NCBI GenBank assembly: GCA_965218585.1
Contig: CBDCLE010000025.1
Location: 64,001-128,000 of the forward strand
DNA from: Terriglobia bacterium
GTDB lineage: Bacteria > Acidobacteriota > Terriglobia > 20CM-2-55-15
Length of the DNA stretch: 64,000 nt
Direction of reading: 5' to 3'
Within the stretch, counting starts at the first letter, position 1; every line of letters begins with the position of its first letter. This document shows, one piece after another, positions 1 to 9,327 of this stretch. The translations under genes and the position numbers were made by a program. The notes under the pieces were generated by a model that worked only from the letters and a program-made list of their open reading frames with translations, was not told where the DNA came from and made no database searches.

Positions 1-1041
1 CCCGGGCAGCGACAAGACTCTCGCCTCGCCCGTCGCCCCACCACCGAGAATATCGACTTGAAGATCTGTTGCAGCCAGTAGACTCTCCGGGAACGAATAC
101 TCGAAGTCCGAGATAACGCTCTCTGCTGCCCAACCGTCCACTGTCAACCCGTCGGATCTGACGCGTCCGGCAGCCTCGAAGTGTTCAGCGGAAAACTCAA
201 GATCCCCTGCAATATCCATCCGGCCTTCGAGGTCTTCCTCGACGAAGAAATAGTTCAGAAAACCAAGTTCGAGGATTCCGGTATAGCCAAGCCGTCCCTC
301 CGGGGTCCGGAGAACCTGGTCGATCCTCCCCTGAAGGTTCAGGCTGCTTTCGGCCGATTCCAATTCGGCCCTCTCGACTAGAACTGTGCCCCGCGTGTAA
401 TCGAAATCTGCGGACAGCGCATACGGAATAAGCGGTCGTCCCTCGCGTTCCACTGCCCCTGCATATTCGATACTCCCGGACAAAACTCCCGTAGGGCCGT
501 CGTATGCGAATTCACCCTCCAGACCGGTCAGATTGAAGTCTACGTCCACGCGCTGTTCGTCCACTACGAGCGAACCGTTGGCGACGACAAATTCGTCAAT
601 CGAAAGTCCGAAGGCATTGGACTCACCGGGGGGATTCGACTCCGGAACGGGCACGTTGGTACCTTCGCCGGCATCGATCGTCATGAAGATTTGTGGTTGT
701 TCAATCGAAAGGCTCGAAAGATCCAGAGACCGCCTCAATAGGCCTGTCCAGGACAAACCGATCTCGACGCGCTCGATCGACATGAGGGGCGCATCAGACG
801 GGTCCTCTTCACCCCGCAAAACAAGACCCTCGAGGTTGAAGCGTTGCCGTCGGAAATCCGCATCGAAAGTCTCCAGCGTAACGGCCGCACCGGTTCGCTG
901 TTCGATCCAGCCAACGATGTAGTCGGCACCAAATTCTTCGAAGTCTGGTGAACTGAGAAAGTAGACCCCACCTCCCGCCAGCGCCAGCAGTGCAAGCGTG
1001 AAAGCGCTCAATAACTTCCAGACTCTCTTTTTATTCCACAA
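1..1041 (-). CDS. TamB/AsmA-like translocation-assembly protein, N-terminal part (runs off window)
   Basis: Not in the ORF track. I translated the first ~130 codons by hand from TTG at 1041: MWNKKRVWKLLSAFTLALLALAGGGVYFLSSPDFEEFGADYIVGWIEQRTGAAVTLETFDADFRRQRFNLEGLVLRG... This is an N-terminal TM anchor plus an AsmA-like start. It lies downstream of an Omp85 gene. Confidence 0.75.
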   Translation of the reverse strand, partial: MWNKKRVWKLLSAFTLALLALAGGGVYFLSSPDFEEFGADYIVGWIEQRTGAAVTLETFDADFRRQRFNLEGLVLRGEEDPSDAPLMSIERVEIGLSWTGLLRRSLDLSSLSIEQPQIFMTIDAGEGTNVPVPESNPPGESNAFGLSIDEFVVANGSLVVDEQRVDVDFNLTGLEGEFAYDGPTGVLSGSIEYAGAVEREGRPLIPYALSADFDYTRGTVLVERAELESAESSLNLQGRIDQVLRTPEGRLGYTGILELGFLNYFFVEEDLEGRMDIAGDLEFSAEHFEAAGRVRSDGLTVDGWAAESVISDFEYSFPESLLAATDLQVDILGGGATGEARVLSLPG

Positions 1042-1660
1042 CTTCAATTTCGCTTCTCGACATAAGCGAATCCGTCCACACCGAGATTTCGCGGTCCGCT
1101 TTCTCGGTAATGACGTTCTCGCCTATCAACTCGCGCACTTCTTCCAGTGCCGGCATCGCCTCCAGGCCGCGTGACATCGCCTCGGGACGAAACACTGTTT
1201 CGTAATACGCAGTAATTTCTTCTTCTGTCGCCTCTGTGAACCTTCGAAATCTCAAATCAAAATAATTGATTCGCTCCAACCTTTTCTGCGCGGCTTCACG
1301 TATCAGTTCCGGAGTAAGGGTAGTCGCTTCAGGAAGACTGGAAACGTACTCATCGATCAACTGTTGGTCCACGCCGAGCCCTGGAAACTGATCGATCTGA
1401 TCCTGAATCAGCAAGTCTTCAATCACTTCCCGGAGCAGATCGACTTCATCTTCCGCTACGACGTCGCCAAACATCCGGGCCACATCCTGGTGTCGCCGAA
1501 CATCACCAAGCGTTACGACGCGTCCATCGACCACCGCCATCATCCGATCAATCACATCTGCCCGGCCGACCTCGCCAAACAGGACCACCATCACCGCGAT
1601 TACAAGCACGAACTCGCAGCAGCGGCGCCAGCTGGACCATCGATGTTTTATCCGCATCAA
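1031..1660 (-). CDS. SurA N-terminal-domain-like periplasmic chaperone
   Basis: Signal peptide then DVIDRMMAVVDGRVVTLGDV, typical of the SurA N-domain; overlaps both neighbours. Confidence 0.7.
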   Translation of the reverse strand: MMRIKHRWSSWRRCCEFVLVIAVMVVLFGEVGRADVIDRMMAVVDGRVVTLGDVRRHQDVARMFGDVVAEDEVDLLREVIEDLLIQDQIDQFPGLGVDQQLIDEYVSSLPEATTLTPELIREAAQKRLERINYFDLRFRRFTEATEEEITAYYETVFRPEAMSRGLEAMPALEEVRELIGENVITEKADREISVWTDSLMSRSEIEVVE

Positions 1661-4341
1661 AACGTATGTCCCAATGTCAGAAATACCTTGTTCGGTGACT
1701 CATTCGGTTGTCGATTCATGTTGAAGCCAAAGTCCAGTCGGATCGGACCCAAGGGCGTCTCGTACCGAATCCCGAAACCTGCGGTATGCGTAAAATCTCC
1801 AAAACTAAAATCGGAGATGTACTGGAAAGTCGTGCCGGTATCGTAGAACGCAGCGCCTCCGAGTCCGGAAATCAAAAGCGGTATCGGGAATCGGTACTCG
1901 GCATTCAGGATCGCGAGTGCGTTTCCGCCGCCTTCGGTTCCCGCCTCATCCAATCCGAAGGACCGCAGTGTCGTCGACCCGCCTGCGAAATAGCGTTCAG
2001 TTATCGGAAGCGATTCGGTTTTCCCGTACGGCTGATTCCAGCCGAACCGCGCCGACGCGGCGATGACGGTTTCCTTTGCTGGGCGGTAAATGCTCGCCTG
2101 GGTAAACAACGATACGTAGTTAACCTGGGACCCTATATACTCGTTTGCCAACTGAAGAGTTCCGGTGAAGTAATTTCCCCGCCTTGGATTGATCGGATCG
2201 TTCCGCGTGTCATGGATATAGGAACCTCCGACACTCGCGATCTGAACCGTCCCCGTCTCGTCAGGGAAGCTACCAGCCCTTGGATTGACGCGAATATCGC
2301 GAAGGTTCACAGTCTGGAAACTTGCGGAAACCAACAGGCTGTCCTGATTGGCAAACTGCTTCAAGGACTGGAACGAGAAGTCGATCCGGTTGGCGTCGAA
2401 GAATTGCTGGCGCGTACGTTCAAAAAACAACGAGGCAAAACCGTCCAACTCCCAATTGAAAAGTCTTGGCTCTCTGAACGTGGTCTGAAACCTCTGTTCG
2501 CGCCGGCTTCCGCGGATTCTGAAGCTCAATGAACGGTCCAATCCCCAGAGGTTGCTATGGGTGAGTTCGACGGTGCCTCGAGGACCCTCCCGATCCTGAA
2601 CGCCCACTCCATAAGTGAGCAGCAAGGGGCCCGCGTCTTCGAGTTGAATCAAAAGGTCGCGTGTACCCGGCTTGTCGTGCTCGAGCGTAACAATGTCAAC
2701 GCGACTGAAAAGCCCCGTAGCATATAAACGCTGTTGAGCCTGGAGAATCGTTTCCGGATCGTATACGTCGCCTTCGGCGAACTGACTGTTACGGTGAATG
2801 ACCTTGTCTCGCGTTCGTGTGTTCCCAGACACGAGTATCTTCCCGATCGTATACGGCTCACCCTCATCGATGTTGTAGGTCAGGTCAACGAGGTCCCCAT
2901 TTACGTTCTGCTCTAGGGTCGACTGCACACGAACATCTGGATATCCACGCCTGTGATAATTCGAAGTGATGGTCCCCCGGGCCCCCTCCGCCTCCCCCGG
3001 AGTGTAAACGTTGCCCGAGGGCAGATTCACAATCCGTTCCAGTTCCGTATCGTCGAACGCCGTGTTTCCTTCAAAGTAGACGCTGCCTATTTCAAGCTGG
3101 TTTCCCTCCTCAATCACCAGGGTCACCGTTATCGCGTTACTCTCCGTTGAGTATTCCGGATCGACGCGAGTTGCGTCAAAACCAGACACTGCATACAGCC
3201 TCTCGATGGCCTCGGCCGCCGTCTCGAGGAGTTCAGGGCTAAAAACACCCCGGCTGAAAAGGCTGTTTCGAGAGATCCCGATGATTCCGTACAAGACGTC
3301 TTCGTCGAAAAACGTGTGTCCCTCAAAACTTACTTCGCGGACAGAGTATCTCTCGCCTGAACTAACCAGATAATTGATCTGAAACGCGTTGTCGCGAGGG
3401 GCCGCGATCAACTCGGCGGCAACCGAAGCTTCGAAAAAACCTTCCTGGCGAACGTATTCCAACAGACCGACACGACCTTCCTCGATCAGGTCCGGGTCGA
3501 CGCTGCCTTCCTCAAAGACCGGAATCAGATCTCGGATAATGGAATCATCCAAGTCGTAACCCCGAACCTGTACTAGCGTAAACGGTCCTGGCTCTATAAC
3601 GACTCTGACGTCTATGGCGTTGTCGGCTCGATCATAGCTTTCGACGAAGTCGACTGCTGTGTTGAGGAAGCCCAGTTCGGCAAACTCAGAACGAATATTC
3701 TCTCTGCCGTCTTCAAGTCTCTCAGTCAGAAACTCGTCGCCCGCTTCCACGCCAAAAGCGTTTCCAAGCTCGGCTTCGGTGAAGGTCTGTTCGCCACCGG
3801 CGAATTCAAGGGTTCGGATCCGCGCCGGCGAGCCGACGCCGACCTCTACGGTGACAGTCACCAGCCGGCTCCCGTCGTCGAACTCATAGGTCGGGCGCAC
3901 TTCGGCCTCGAAATATCCTTCCCTGCCAAACTGTTCACCGACCGCCGCAACGATCTCGTCAAGTTGAGTTCTGGAAAAACGTTCTCCGTAGGGCAGATCC
4001 AGGTAGTTGGATAGCGGCCGGTCGAGCAGAGTGTCGGGACGCAGAATGACTGTCGCCAGAAAATACGGCTCCTCTACGAGAAACGTCAGCGAGGTCGTAC
4101 CGTCCTGACTTTCTGAGGCATCGACCTCGATATGGCCGTAGCGACCCTCGTCAAACAAAGCCTGTATAGAAGCTCGAACCAATTCGGTAGTTAGGATATC
4201 GCCCGATCGGAGGGGGATGACTTCGAGGATTGATTCGGGGGCACCTTCGATAGCGATTGTGCCAACCCTTGTAGAGTCAGGTTGTTGCGCGGCAAGCGCG
4301 AGGGGTAGGAGGACACAGGATATGAGGCAGATTATCCTCAT
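1657..4341 (-). CDS. Omp85-family outer membrane assembly protein (BamA/TamA-like) with multiple POTRA domains
   Basis: POTRA repeats (e.g. ILVSGNTRTRDKVIHR), barrel motifs RYFAGGSTTLRSF and GIRYETPLGPIRLDFG, C-terminal F. Confidence 0.92.
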   Translation of the reverse strand: MRIICLISCVLLPLALAAQQPDSTRVGTIAIEGAPESILEVIPLRSGDILTTELVRASIQALFDEGRYGHIEVDASESQDGTTSLTFLVEEPYFLATVILRPDTLLDRPLSNYLDLPYGERFSRTQLDEIVAAVGEQFGREGYFEAEVRPTYEFDDGSRLVTVTVEVGVGSPARIRTLEFAGGEQTFTEAELGNAFGVEAGDEFLTERLEDGRENIRSEFAELGFLNTAVDFVESYDRADNAIDVRVVIEPGPFTLVQVRGYDLDDSIIRDLIPVFEEGSVDPDLIEEGRVGLLEYVRQEGFFEASVAAELIAAPRDNAFQINYLVSSGERYSVREVSFEGHTFFDEDVLYGIIGISRNSLFSRGVFSPELLETAAEAIERLYAVSGFDATRVDPEYSTESNAITVTLVIEEGNQLEIGSVYFEGNTAFDDTELERIVNLPSGNVYTPGEAEGARGTITSNYHRRGYPDVRVQSTLEQNVNGDLVDLTYNIDEGEPYTIGKILVSGNTRTRDKVIHRNSQFAEGDVYDPETILQAQQRLYATGLFSRVDIVTLEHDKPGTRDLLIQLEDAGPLLLTYGVGVQDREGPRGTVELTHSNLWGLDRSLSFRIRGSRREQRFQTTFREPRLFNWELDGFASLFFERTRQQFFDANRIDFSFQSLKQFANQDSLLVSASFQTVNLRDIRVNPRAGSFPDETGTVQIASVGGSYIHDTRNDPINPRRGNYFTGTLQLANEYIGSQVNYVSLFTQASIYRPAKETVIAASARFGWNQPYGKTESLPITERYFAGGSTTLRSFGLDEAGTEGGGNALAILNAEYRFPIPLLISGLGGAAFYDTGTTFQYISDFSFGDFTHTAGFGIRYETPLGPIRLDFGFNMNRQPNESPNKVFLTLGHTF

Positions 4342-4409
4342 AAGAACCTTTGACGACCCTCACCCCCTATCGACACCAACCAAAAAGCCCGGAAAGCCCG
4401 GCATCACTA

Positions 4410-4436
4410 GAAAAAGCCCTACTCACGCAGGGCTTT
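4410..4436 (-). terminator. Intrinsic terminator after rpmB
   Basis: Stem AAAGCCCT/AGGGCTTT with a T run on the minus strand just after the rpmB stop. Confidence 0.6.
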
Positions 4437-4459
4437 CGGAGACTTTGAACGAACGGAAC

Positions 4460-4651
4460 TCAAGCGGGTTTGACGATCCGGCCATTTCGAATGCAGCTGG
4501 TACATACCCGCATCCGTTTGGGTGTCTTACCTACAAGGACTCGCACCCGTTGCAAATTGGGGTTCCATCGTCGATTAGTCAGGTTGTGGGCGTGGCTGAC
4601 TCGGTGCCCGTACATGGGGCCTTTCCCACAGATTTCGCATCGCTTTGCCAT
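4460..4651 (-). CDS. rpmB: 50S ribosomal protein L28
   Basis: [34 protein letters not shown]...VCTSCIR; true start at 4651 rather than 4753. Confidence 0.97.
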   Translation of the reverse strand: MAKRCEICGKGPMYGHRVSHAHNLTNRRWNPNLQRVRVLVGKTPKRMRVCTSCIRNGRIVKPA

Positions 4652-4724
4652 GAACCGTGATTCCTCGTCTGGCAAAAGCCGGCTGCGGGCCGGTGCGGGT
4701 CCGGGAGCCTCTGCCAAGCTGTAA

Positions 4725-4753
4725 ATTATACCAGACAGGGCGGTTGGGCTCAA
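4725..4753 (-). promoter_or_regulatory. sigma70-type promoter of rpmB
   Basis: Minus strand reads TTGAGC-17 bp-TATAAT with an extended -10 (TGGTATAAT). Confidence 0.7.
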
Positions 4754-4848
4754 TGTGAGGGCGGCGAAGAGACTGGAAATCCTTTGATTCAGAGCGCCCG
4801 GCAGATGCTAGAATGTCTGAATATTCTTTGGATACTGGAGCATTGTCA

Positions 4849-5883
4849 GTGAAGTCAGTCTTTTCCTTCATGCTAGCAGCGAGCGCCGTGTTCCTTCTGG
4901 CTGCCTGTTCAGGAACCTCAACACCTTCCGCTAACGTCGTGGCACGTGTCAACGGAATCGACGTGACAGTCGACGAACTCGATCAGAGACTCGCCGCCAG
5001 CCTGGTGGGTGTTGAACCGGTGCCGGAGGAGGAAGAAATCACAGATCTCCGGCTCCAGCTTCTGACCGAAATGATCGGCAACGAGATCCTTCTCCAGTTA
5101 GCCGCGGGCGATGAATTGACGGCGACCGACGCTGAAGTGGATGTGGAGTACAACGACTTCAAGAACCAGTACTCCGAAGAGCGATTCGAAGAAGTCCTGA
5201 GCCAGCAGCAGATGACGACGGATGACTTGAGGGAACAGCTTCGCATGTCGCTGACGATCGATAAGCTCCTCAACAAAGAAATAACGTCCAAAATTTCAGT
5301 GTCGGATGCGGACATTTCGGAATTCTTTGAGTCGAACCGGGAGAGCTTCGATCTCCCGATGTCTTACCACTTCGCGCATATCCTGGTGACTCCGTTCGCC
5401 GACGATGGGCTCAACAACCTCGAAGGTGACGACGCGACTACGGACGATGAAGCACTCGATAAGGCAACCAGGCTCCTCCGCAGTATTCAGGGTGGCCAGG
5501 ACTTCGGCACGGTCGCACGGCAGTACTCGGAAGACCCCACGTCGGCTGCAGTAAGCGGAGATCTGAACTTCCAACCGATCGAAGCCATAGCGGCCGTCGA
5601 TCCCGCGATAGCCGACGCCATTCTCGAGATGAGAGAAGGAGAAACCTACCCGCAGATCATACCGACACGCTTTGGACTCCATCTCTTAAGGCTCTTTGAA
5701 GTAGATGAAGGTGGGCAAAAGGAGCTGTCTGACCCTCAAATAGAGGCTCAGGTTCGTCAGATCCTCTTTGATCAGCAGGATCAGCTGCTCAGAACGGCCT
5801 ACTTCGAAACGATCCGGAACGACGCCAGAGTCGAAAACTTTCTGGCACAGAGGATCCTCGACCAAGCCAGCGGCCCCTCCTAA
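4849..5883 (+). CDS. SurA/PrsA-like parvulin peptidyl-prolyl isomerase lipoprotein
   Basis: Lipobox LAAC, VARVNG, parvulin motifs (AHILV, DFGTVARQYSEDPTS, GDL). GTG at 4849 follows GGAG; the ORF track gives 4813. Confidence 0.85.
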   Translation: MKSVFSFMLAASAVFLLAACSGTSTPSANVVARVNGIDVTVDELDQRLAASLVGVEPVPEEEEITDLRLQLLTEMIGNEILLQLAAGDELTATDAEVDVEYNDFKNQYSEERFEEVLSQQQMTTDDLREQLRMSLTIDKLLNKEITSKISVSDADISEFFESNRESFDLPMSYHFAHILVTPFADDGLNNLEGDDATTDDEALDKATRLLRSIQGGQDFGTVARQYSEDPTSAAVSGDLNFQPIEAIAAVDPAIADAILEMREGETYPQIIPTRFGLHLLRLFEVDEGGQKELSDPQIEAQVRQILFDQQDQLLRTAYFETIRNDARVENFLAQRILDQASGPS

Positions 5884-5927
5884 CCTTTCTTGGAGCCGGT
5901 TGTGCTTTACTCTCAGCCGGCAGCTCC

Positions 5928-6698
5928 ATGACCTACGCTATTAACAGTCTTTCTTTCGCATACTCCCGTACCCGGGTTGTGGACAGGCTTTCCGTCAATA
6001 TCCAATCCGGCGAGTTCATCGCGATCGTCGGTCCCAACGGTGCAGGAAAATCCACTCTGCTCAAGTTGATGGCGGGCCTTCTATCCGACTTCGAGGGGTC
6101 ATTGGAGTTCATGGGAAGACCCATCGCCGACTATAAACCCGGCGAACTGGCCCGGAAGGTGGCTTTCGTCCCGCAGGAGACGCACGTCGTATTTCCCTTT
6201 ACGGTGGATGAAATGATCCTGATGGGCCGCATGCCCTATCGACAGAGCGTGCTGTTTGATACAGAAGCCGATGACGAGTTCGTCCGCAAGGCGATGGTCC
6301 TGACCGAAACCGAACACCTTGCGGGGAAGATGTTTGCTGAAATAAGCGGTGGCGAACGTCAACGGGTGGTCCTGGCGAGCGCACTGGCACAAACTCCCGA
6401 AGTGTTGCTGCTGGACGAGCCAACAGTCTACCTGGACATGAAGCACCAGCTCGGGTTCTACCAGATACTGGCGCGCCTCAATGCCCAGCAGCGCATGACG
6501 ATCGTTGCCGTAACTCACGACATCAACCTGGCGGCCCGTCACGCGGGACGAATGCTCGCGATTCTTGATGGTGCAATCGCGGCAGATGGGACACCTGATC
6601 AGGTTCTGACAGCAGATAAATTGCATGAAGTCTTTGGAATCACAGCCGACATCATCGACCGCCCTGACGGCGGAAGATACGTCGTCCCATCTGCGTAG
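5928..6698 (+). CDS. Iron-chelate/cobalamin ABC transporter ATP-binding protein
   Basis: Walker A GPNGAGKST, ISGGERQRV, LLLDEPT, HDINLA. Confidence 0.92.
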   Translation: MTYAINSLSFAYSRTRVVDRLSVNIQSGEFIAIVGPNGAGKSTLLKLMAGLLSDFEGSLEFMGRPIADYKPGELARKVAFVPQETHVVFPFTVDEMILMGRMPYRQSVLFDTEADDEFVRKAMVLTETEHLAGKMFAEISGGERQRVVLASALAQTPEVLLLDEPTVYLDMKHQLGFYQILARLNAQQRMTIVAVTHDINLAARHAGRMLAILDGAIAADGTPDQVLTADKLHEVFGITADIIDRPDGGRYVVPSA

Positions 6699-7701
6699 AG
6701 GGGGATTGACTCCCGCGCGGTTCCTGGCCGTTGTCGGTCCCTGCGCCCTGTTCCTGATCCTTGTCCTGCTCGTGACACCCTGGATTGGATCGGCTGGCGT
6801 TACGTGGCAGCGCGTATGGGAAGGCCTCAGTCCAGATCGCGAAATTTTTCTTGTAGCACGCCTTCCGCGAATTCTCTTCGGCGCCCTCGCGGGTGGTTCC
6901 CTGGCCGTAGCGGGAGTTCTCTTTCAGGCGATCCTGCGAAACGCGCTGGCCACCCCATTTACCTTAGGCGTATCGAGTGGGAGTTCCTTCGGTGCCGTGT
7001 TCGCGATCTGGCTCGGATTGGATATTGTCCTGCTGGGAATCCCGATCGTCTCGGTCGCAGCGTTTGCGGGAGCCCTCCTTACAATCTCACTCGTCTTCCT
7101 GATCGCCCGGAGCCGCCACGCTCTGCCAACGTTCACGCTTTTGCTGGCCGGTGTCACTTTGAACTTCATATTCTCAGCCCTCATCCTTTTCATCCATTTC
7201 GCGGCGTCCGATTTCAACGAGTCCTTCCTGATGGTGCGGTGGATGATGGGTGGCGTCAACGACGTGACTTACTCCATGATCGCCAAGACAGCCCCGCTGA
7301 TCATCGCATCGGTTCTTCTTCTGCTCGTATATGCTGCTCGATTGAATCCGCTGGCCGCGGGTGAGGATTGGGCTACGACGCGTGGAGTCAATGTGGAACA
7401 TCTGAAAAGAGTCTGCTACATCGGAGGCTCTCTCTTGACGGCCACAATCACTGCGGTAACCGGTCCTATCGGATTCGTAGGACTGATCGTCCCCCATTCC
7501 TTACGCCTCATCGCAGGTCCAGATCACCGCATCCTCATCCCGGGAGCGTTTTTCGTGGGAGGCGGGTTTCTCATCCTCTGCGATACGATGGCACGCACTC
7601 TGTTCGCACCTACTGAAGTACCGGTAGGAGTGATCACGGCCCTGCTCGGCGGTCCCTTCTTTATCGTCCTGCTGAAACAAAGAAAAGGCGACCTTTTCTA
7701 G
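6625..7701 (+). CDS. FecCD/BtuC-family ABC transporter permease
   Basis: RLPRI, QAILRNALATPFTLGVSSG, GPIGFVGLIVPH, PVGVITALLGGPFF; start position uncertain. Confidence 0.92.
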   Translation: MKSLESQPTSSTALTAEDTSSHLRRGGLTPARFLAVVGPCALFLILVLLVTPWIGSAGVTWQRVWEGLSPDREIFLVARLPRILFGALAGGSLAVAGVLFQAILRNALATPFTLGVSSGSSFGAVFAIWLGLDIVLLGIPIVSVAAFAGALLTISLVFLIARSRHALPTFTLLLAGVTLNFIFSALILFIHFAASDFNESFLMVRWMMGGVNDVTYSMIAKTAPLIIASVLLLLVYAARLNPLAAGEDWATTRGVNVEHLKRVCYIGGSLLTATITAVTGPIGFVGLIVPHSLRLIAGPDHRILIPGAFFVGGGFLILCDTMARTLFAPTEVPVGVITALLGGPFFIVLLKQRKGDLF

Positions 7702-7864
7702 CACTTGGGGTCTCGCAAGAGAAGAGAGGAGAGACGGTCCATCTGGTGCCACGCGACCACGTCCGAGGGCTCTTGCATGCTGAAGGCATCACTGGCGAAA
7801 TTTTTCCTTCTCGATATACTTACGAAGTTTCATCCACATCGTTCCGGCACGGAGCGCTTGCCCG

Positions 7865-8887
7865 ATGAATAGACCACGCGACAGGAGTCGATCCTATGCT
7901 GTTTCGCCCGTGGAACCACATATAGAGGGACAGGAGTTTCTCGGTCCCGCGCCCGAAGGCATCGATGTCAGGTATGCCTGGCAGTTCGATGGCGGACGTG
8001 GCGAGGGTCTTGGTTTTGTCGACCTGGAGTTGGGTTGGACGCTCGACCACGAAGACCTCGTCTCGGACAAGAGACCAGTGCCCCAAGTGCTGTGCGGACA
8101 AATTGTGGACGGCGAGAGAGAACACGGAACATCCGCTCTCGGTGTTGTGGCTTCCACCAGCGAAAGGCCCGGGCACATCGGGATTGCGCCGAACGTCGAA
8201 TCCCTAAACGTCGTCTCCTACTGGCCGGACTGGGATATCGCGGATACGATCTTGATTGCCGTCAAGCACCTGGAGTTCGGGGACGTTCTGCTCTTGGAAG
8301 CGCATGTTCGTGAGGTCGGACACCCACCGGTTGAGGTCTTTCCGAATGTCTTCGATGCCATCCGGCAGGCAACGGCGAAAGGAATCACTGTCGTGGAGCC
8401 CGCAGGCAATGGTGGAATCGATCTAGACGAGTACCGAAAAGAAGGCCGGAGGACTCCCAGTCGCACAGCCGAGAGCGACTCTATGGCGATCCTGGTAGCT
8501 GCCGCGACAGCCGATGCACCTCACGCACCGATTCAGAAAAACATGCCGGATCGTGAGTGGGGCACCAATTTTGGTAGTCGGGTGGACTGCTATGCCTGGG
8601 GTGAGCGAGTGGCGACTTGTACGTCGAACTCCCTAGCTTCGAGGAAGGCGTATACCGACAGTTTCCACGGTACGTCTTCCGCGGCGGCCATCGTTGCCGG
8701 GGCAGCGTTGGTGATTCAGGGGATCGCCGAACATCGACTCGGCCGACGTTTTGGTCCGCTTGAGATTCGGTCGCTACTCAGCGATCCCAGCCTCGCGACG
8801 CCGTCAATGAACGGTCTCGAGATTGATCGAATAGGAGTGATGCCGGACTTAAGAGGAATCGTCGCCCACGAGGGCGTAAAAACTTGA
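7865..8887 (+). CDS. S8 (subtilisin-like) serine peptidase, catalytic domain only
   Basis: Triad motifs FVDLELGW (D), EHGTS (H), HGTSSAAAIVAG (S) and oxyanion AGNG; no signal peptide seen. Confidence 0.9.
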   Translation: MNRPRDRSRSYAVSPVEPHIEGQEFLGPAPEGIDVRYAWQFDGGRGEGLGFVDLELGWTLDHEDLVSDKRPVPQVLCGQIVDGEREHGTSALGVVASTSERPGHIGIAPNVESLNVVSYWPDWDIADTILIAVKHLEFGDVLLLEAHVREVGHPPVEVFPNVFDAIRQATAKGITVVEPAGNGGIDLDEYRKEGRRTPSRTAESDSMAILVAAATADAPHAPIQKNMPDREWGTNFGSRVDCYAWGERVATCTSNSLASRKAYTDSFHGTSSAAAIVAGAALVIQGIAEHRLGRRFGPLEIRSLLSDPSLATPSMNGLEIDRIGVMPDLRGIVAHEGVKT

Positions 8888-8971
8888 TAGTAGAGAACTT
8901 TGTGCAAAAAATGTGACCAGATCGATCCGAACAGGCCGATTCCCACATCATTACCATAAGGAGAAAACCAT

Positions 8972-9325
8972 ATGGCAAAGGGAAAGAATCCAGAATTGAC
9001 TGAACACGAATTTGCGGATGCACGTTTCGAGGACATGAAGGCCCTACTGAAGACCGGTGCACATCCGAAGACGCTCTCGACGCCAGCGGAAAACTTTCTG
9101 AACGGCGCTCTCAAACAGCGGTTCAGGAAAATCATCCGCAAGAGTGGGCAAGGAGCTTGGGTGAGGGACCATGTGATGGTGTCGTTGGGGGCACGCTTGA
9201 TCGGCCACATGGCTGCCGGTAAGCAAGCGTCCGGGCCGATTAGTGTAACGAACCTTAAAGAAGCCGGTAGAGAAGTGTTTGACTTCATACACATTCCCGA
9301 TGGCGATCCTGATTACGGAGATTGA
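8972..9325 (+). CDS. Hypothetical helical protein A (paralog of next gene; histone-fold-like candidate)
   Basis: Strong RBS AAGGAG; 117 aa; ungapped similarity to the next ORF. Confidence 0.75.
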   Translation: MAKGKNPELTEHEFADARFEDMKALLKTGAHPKTLSTPAENFLNGALKQRFRKIIRKSGQGAWVRDHVMVSLGARLIGHMAAGKQASGPISVTNLKEAGREVFDFIHIPDGDPDYGD

Positions 9326-9327
9326 CG

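Noticed and set aside
7700-7860. Possible attL copy of the tRNA-Ser 3' end (GAGAGGAGAGACGG)
   Set aside because: Only loose purine-rich similarity to CGGAGAGGGGGGGATTCG; no exact repeat.
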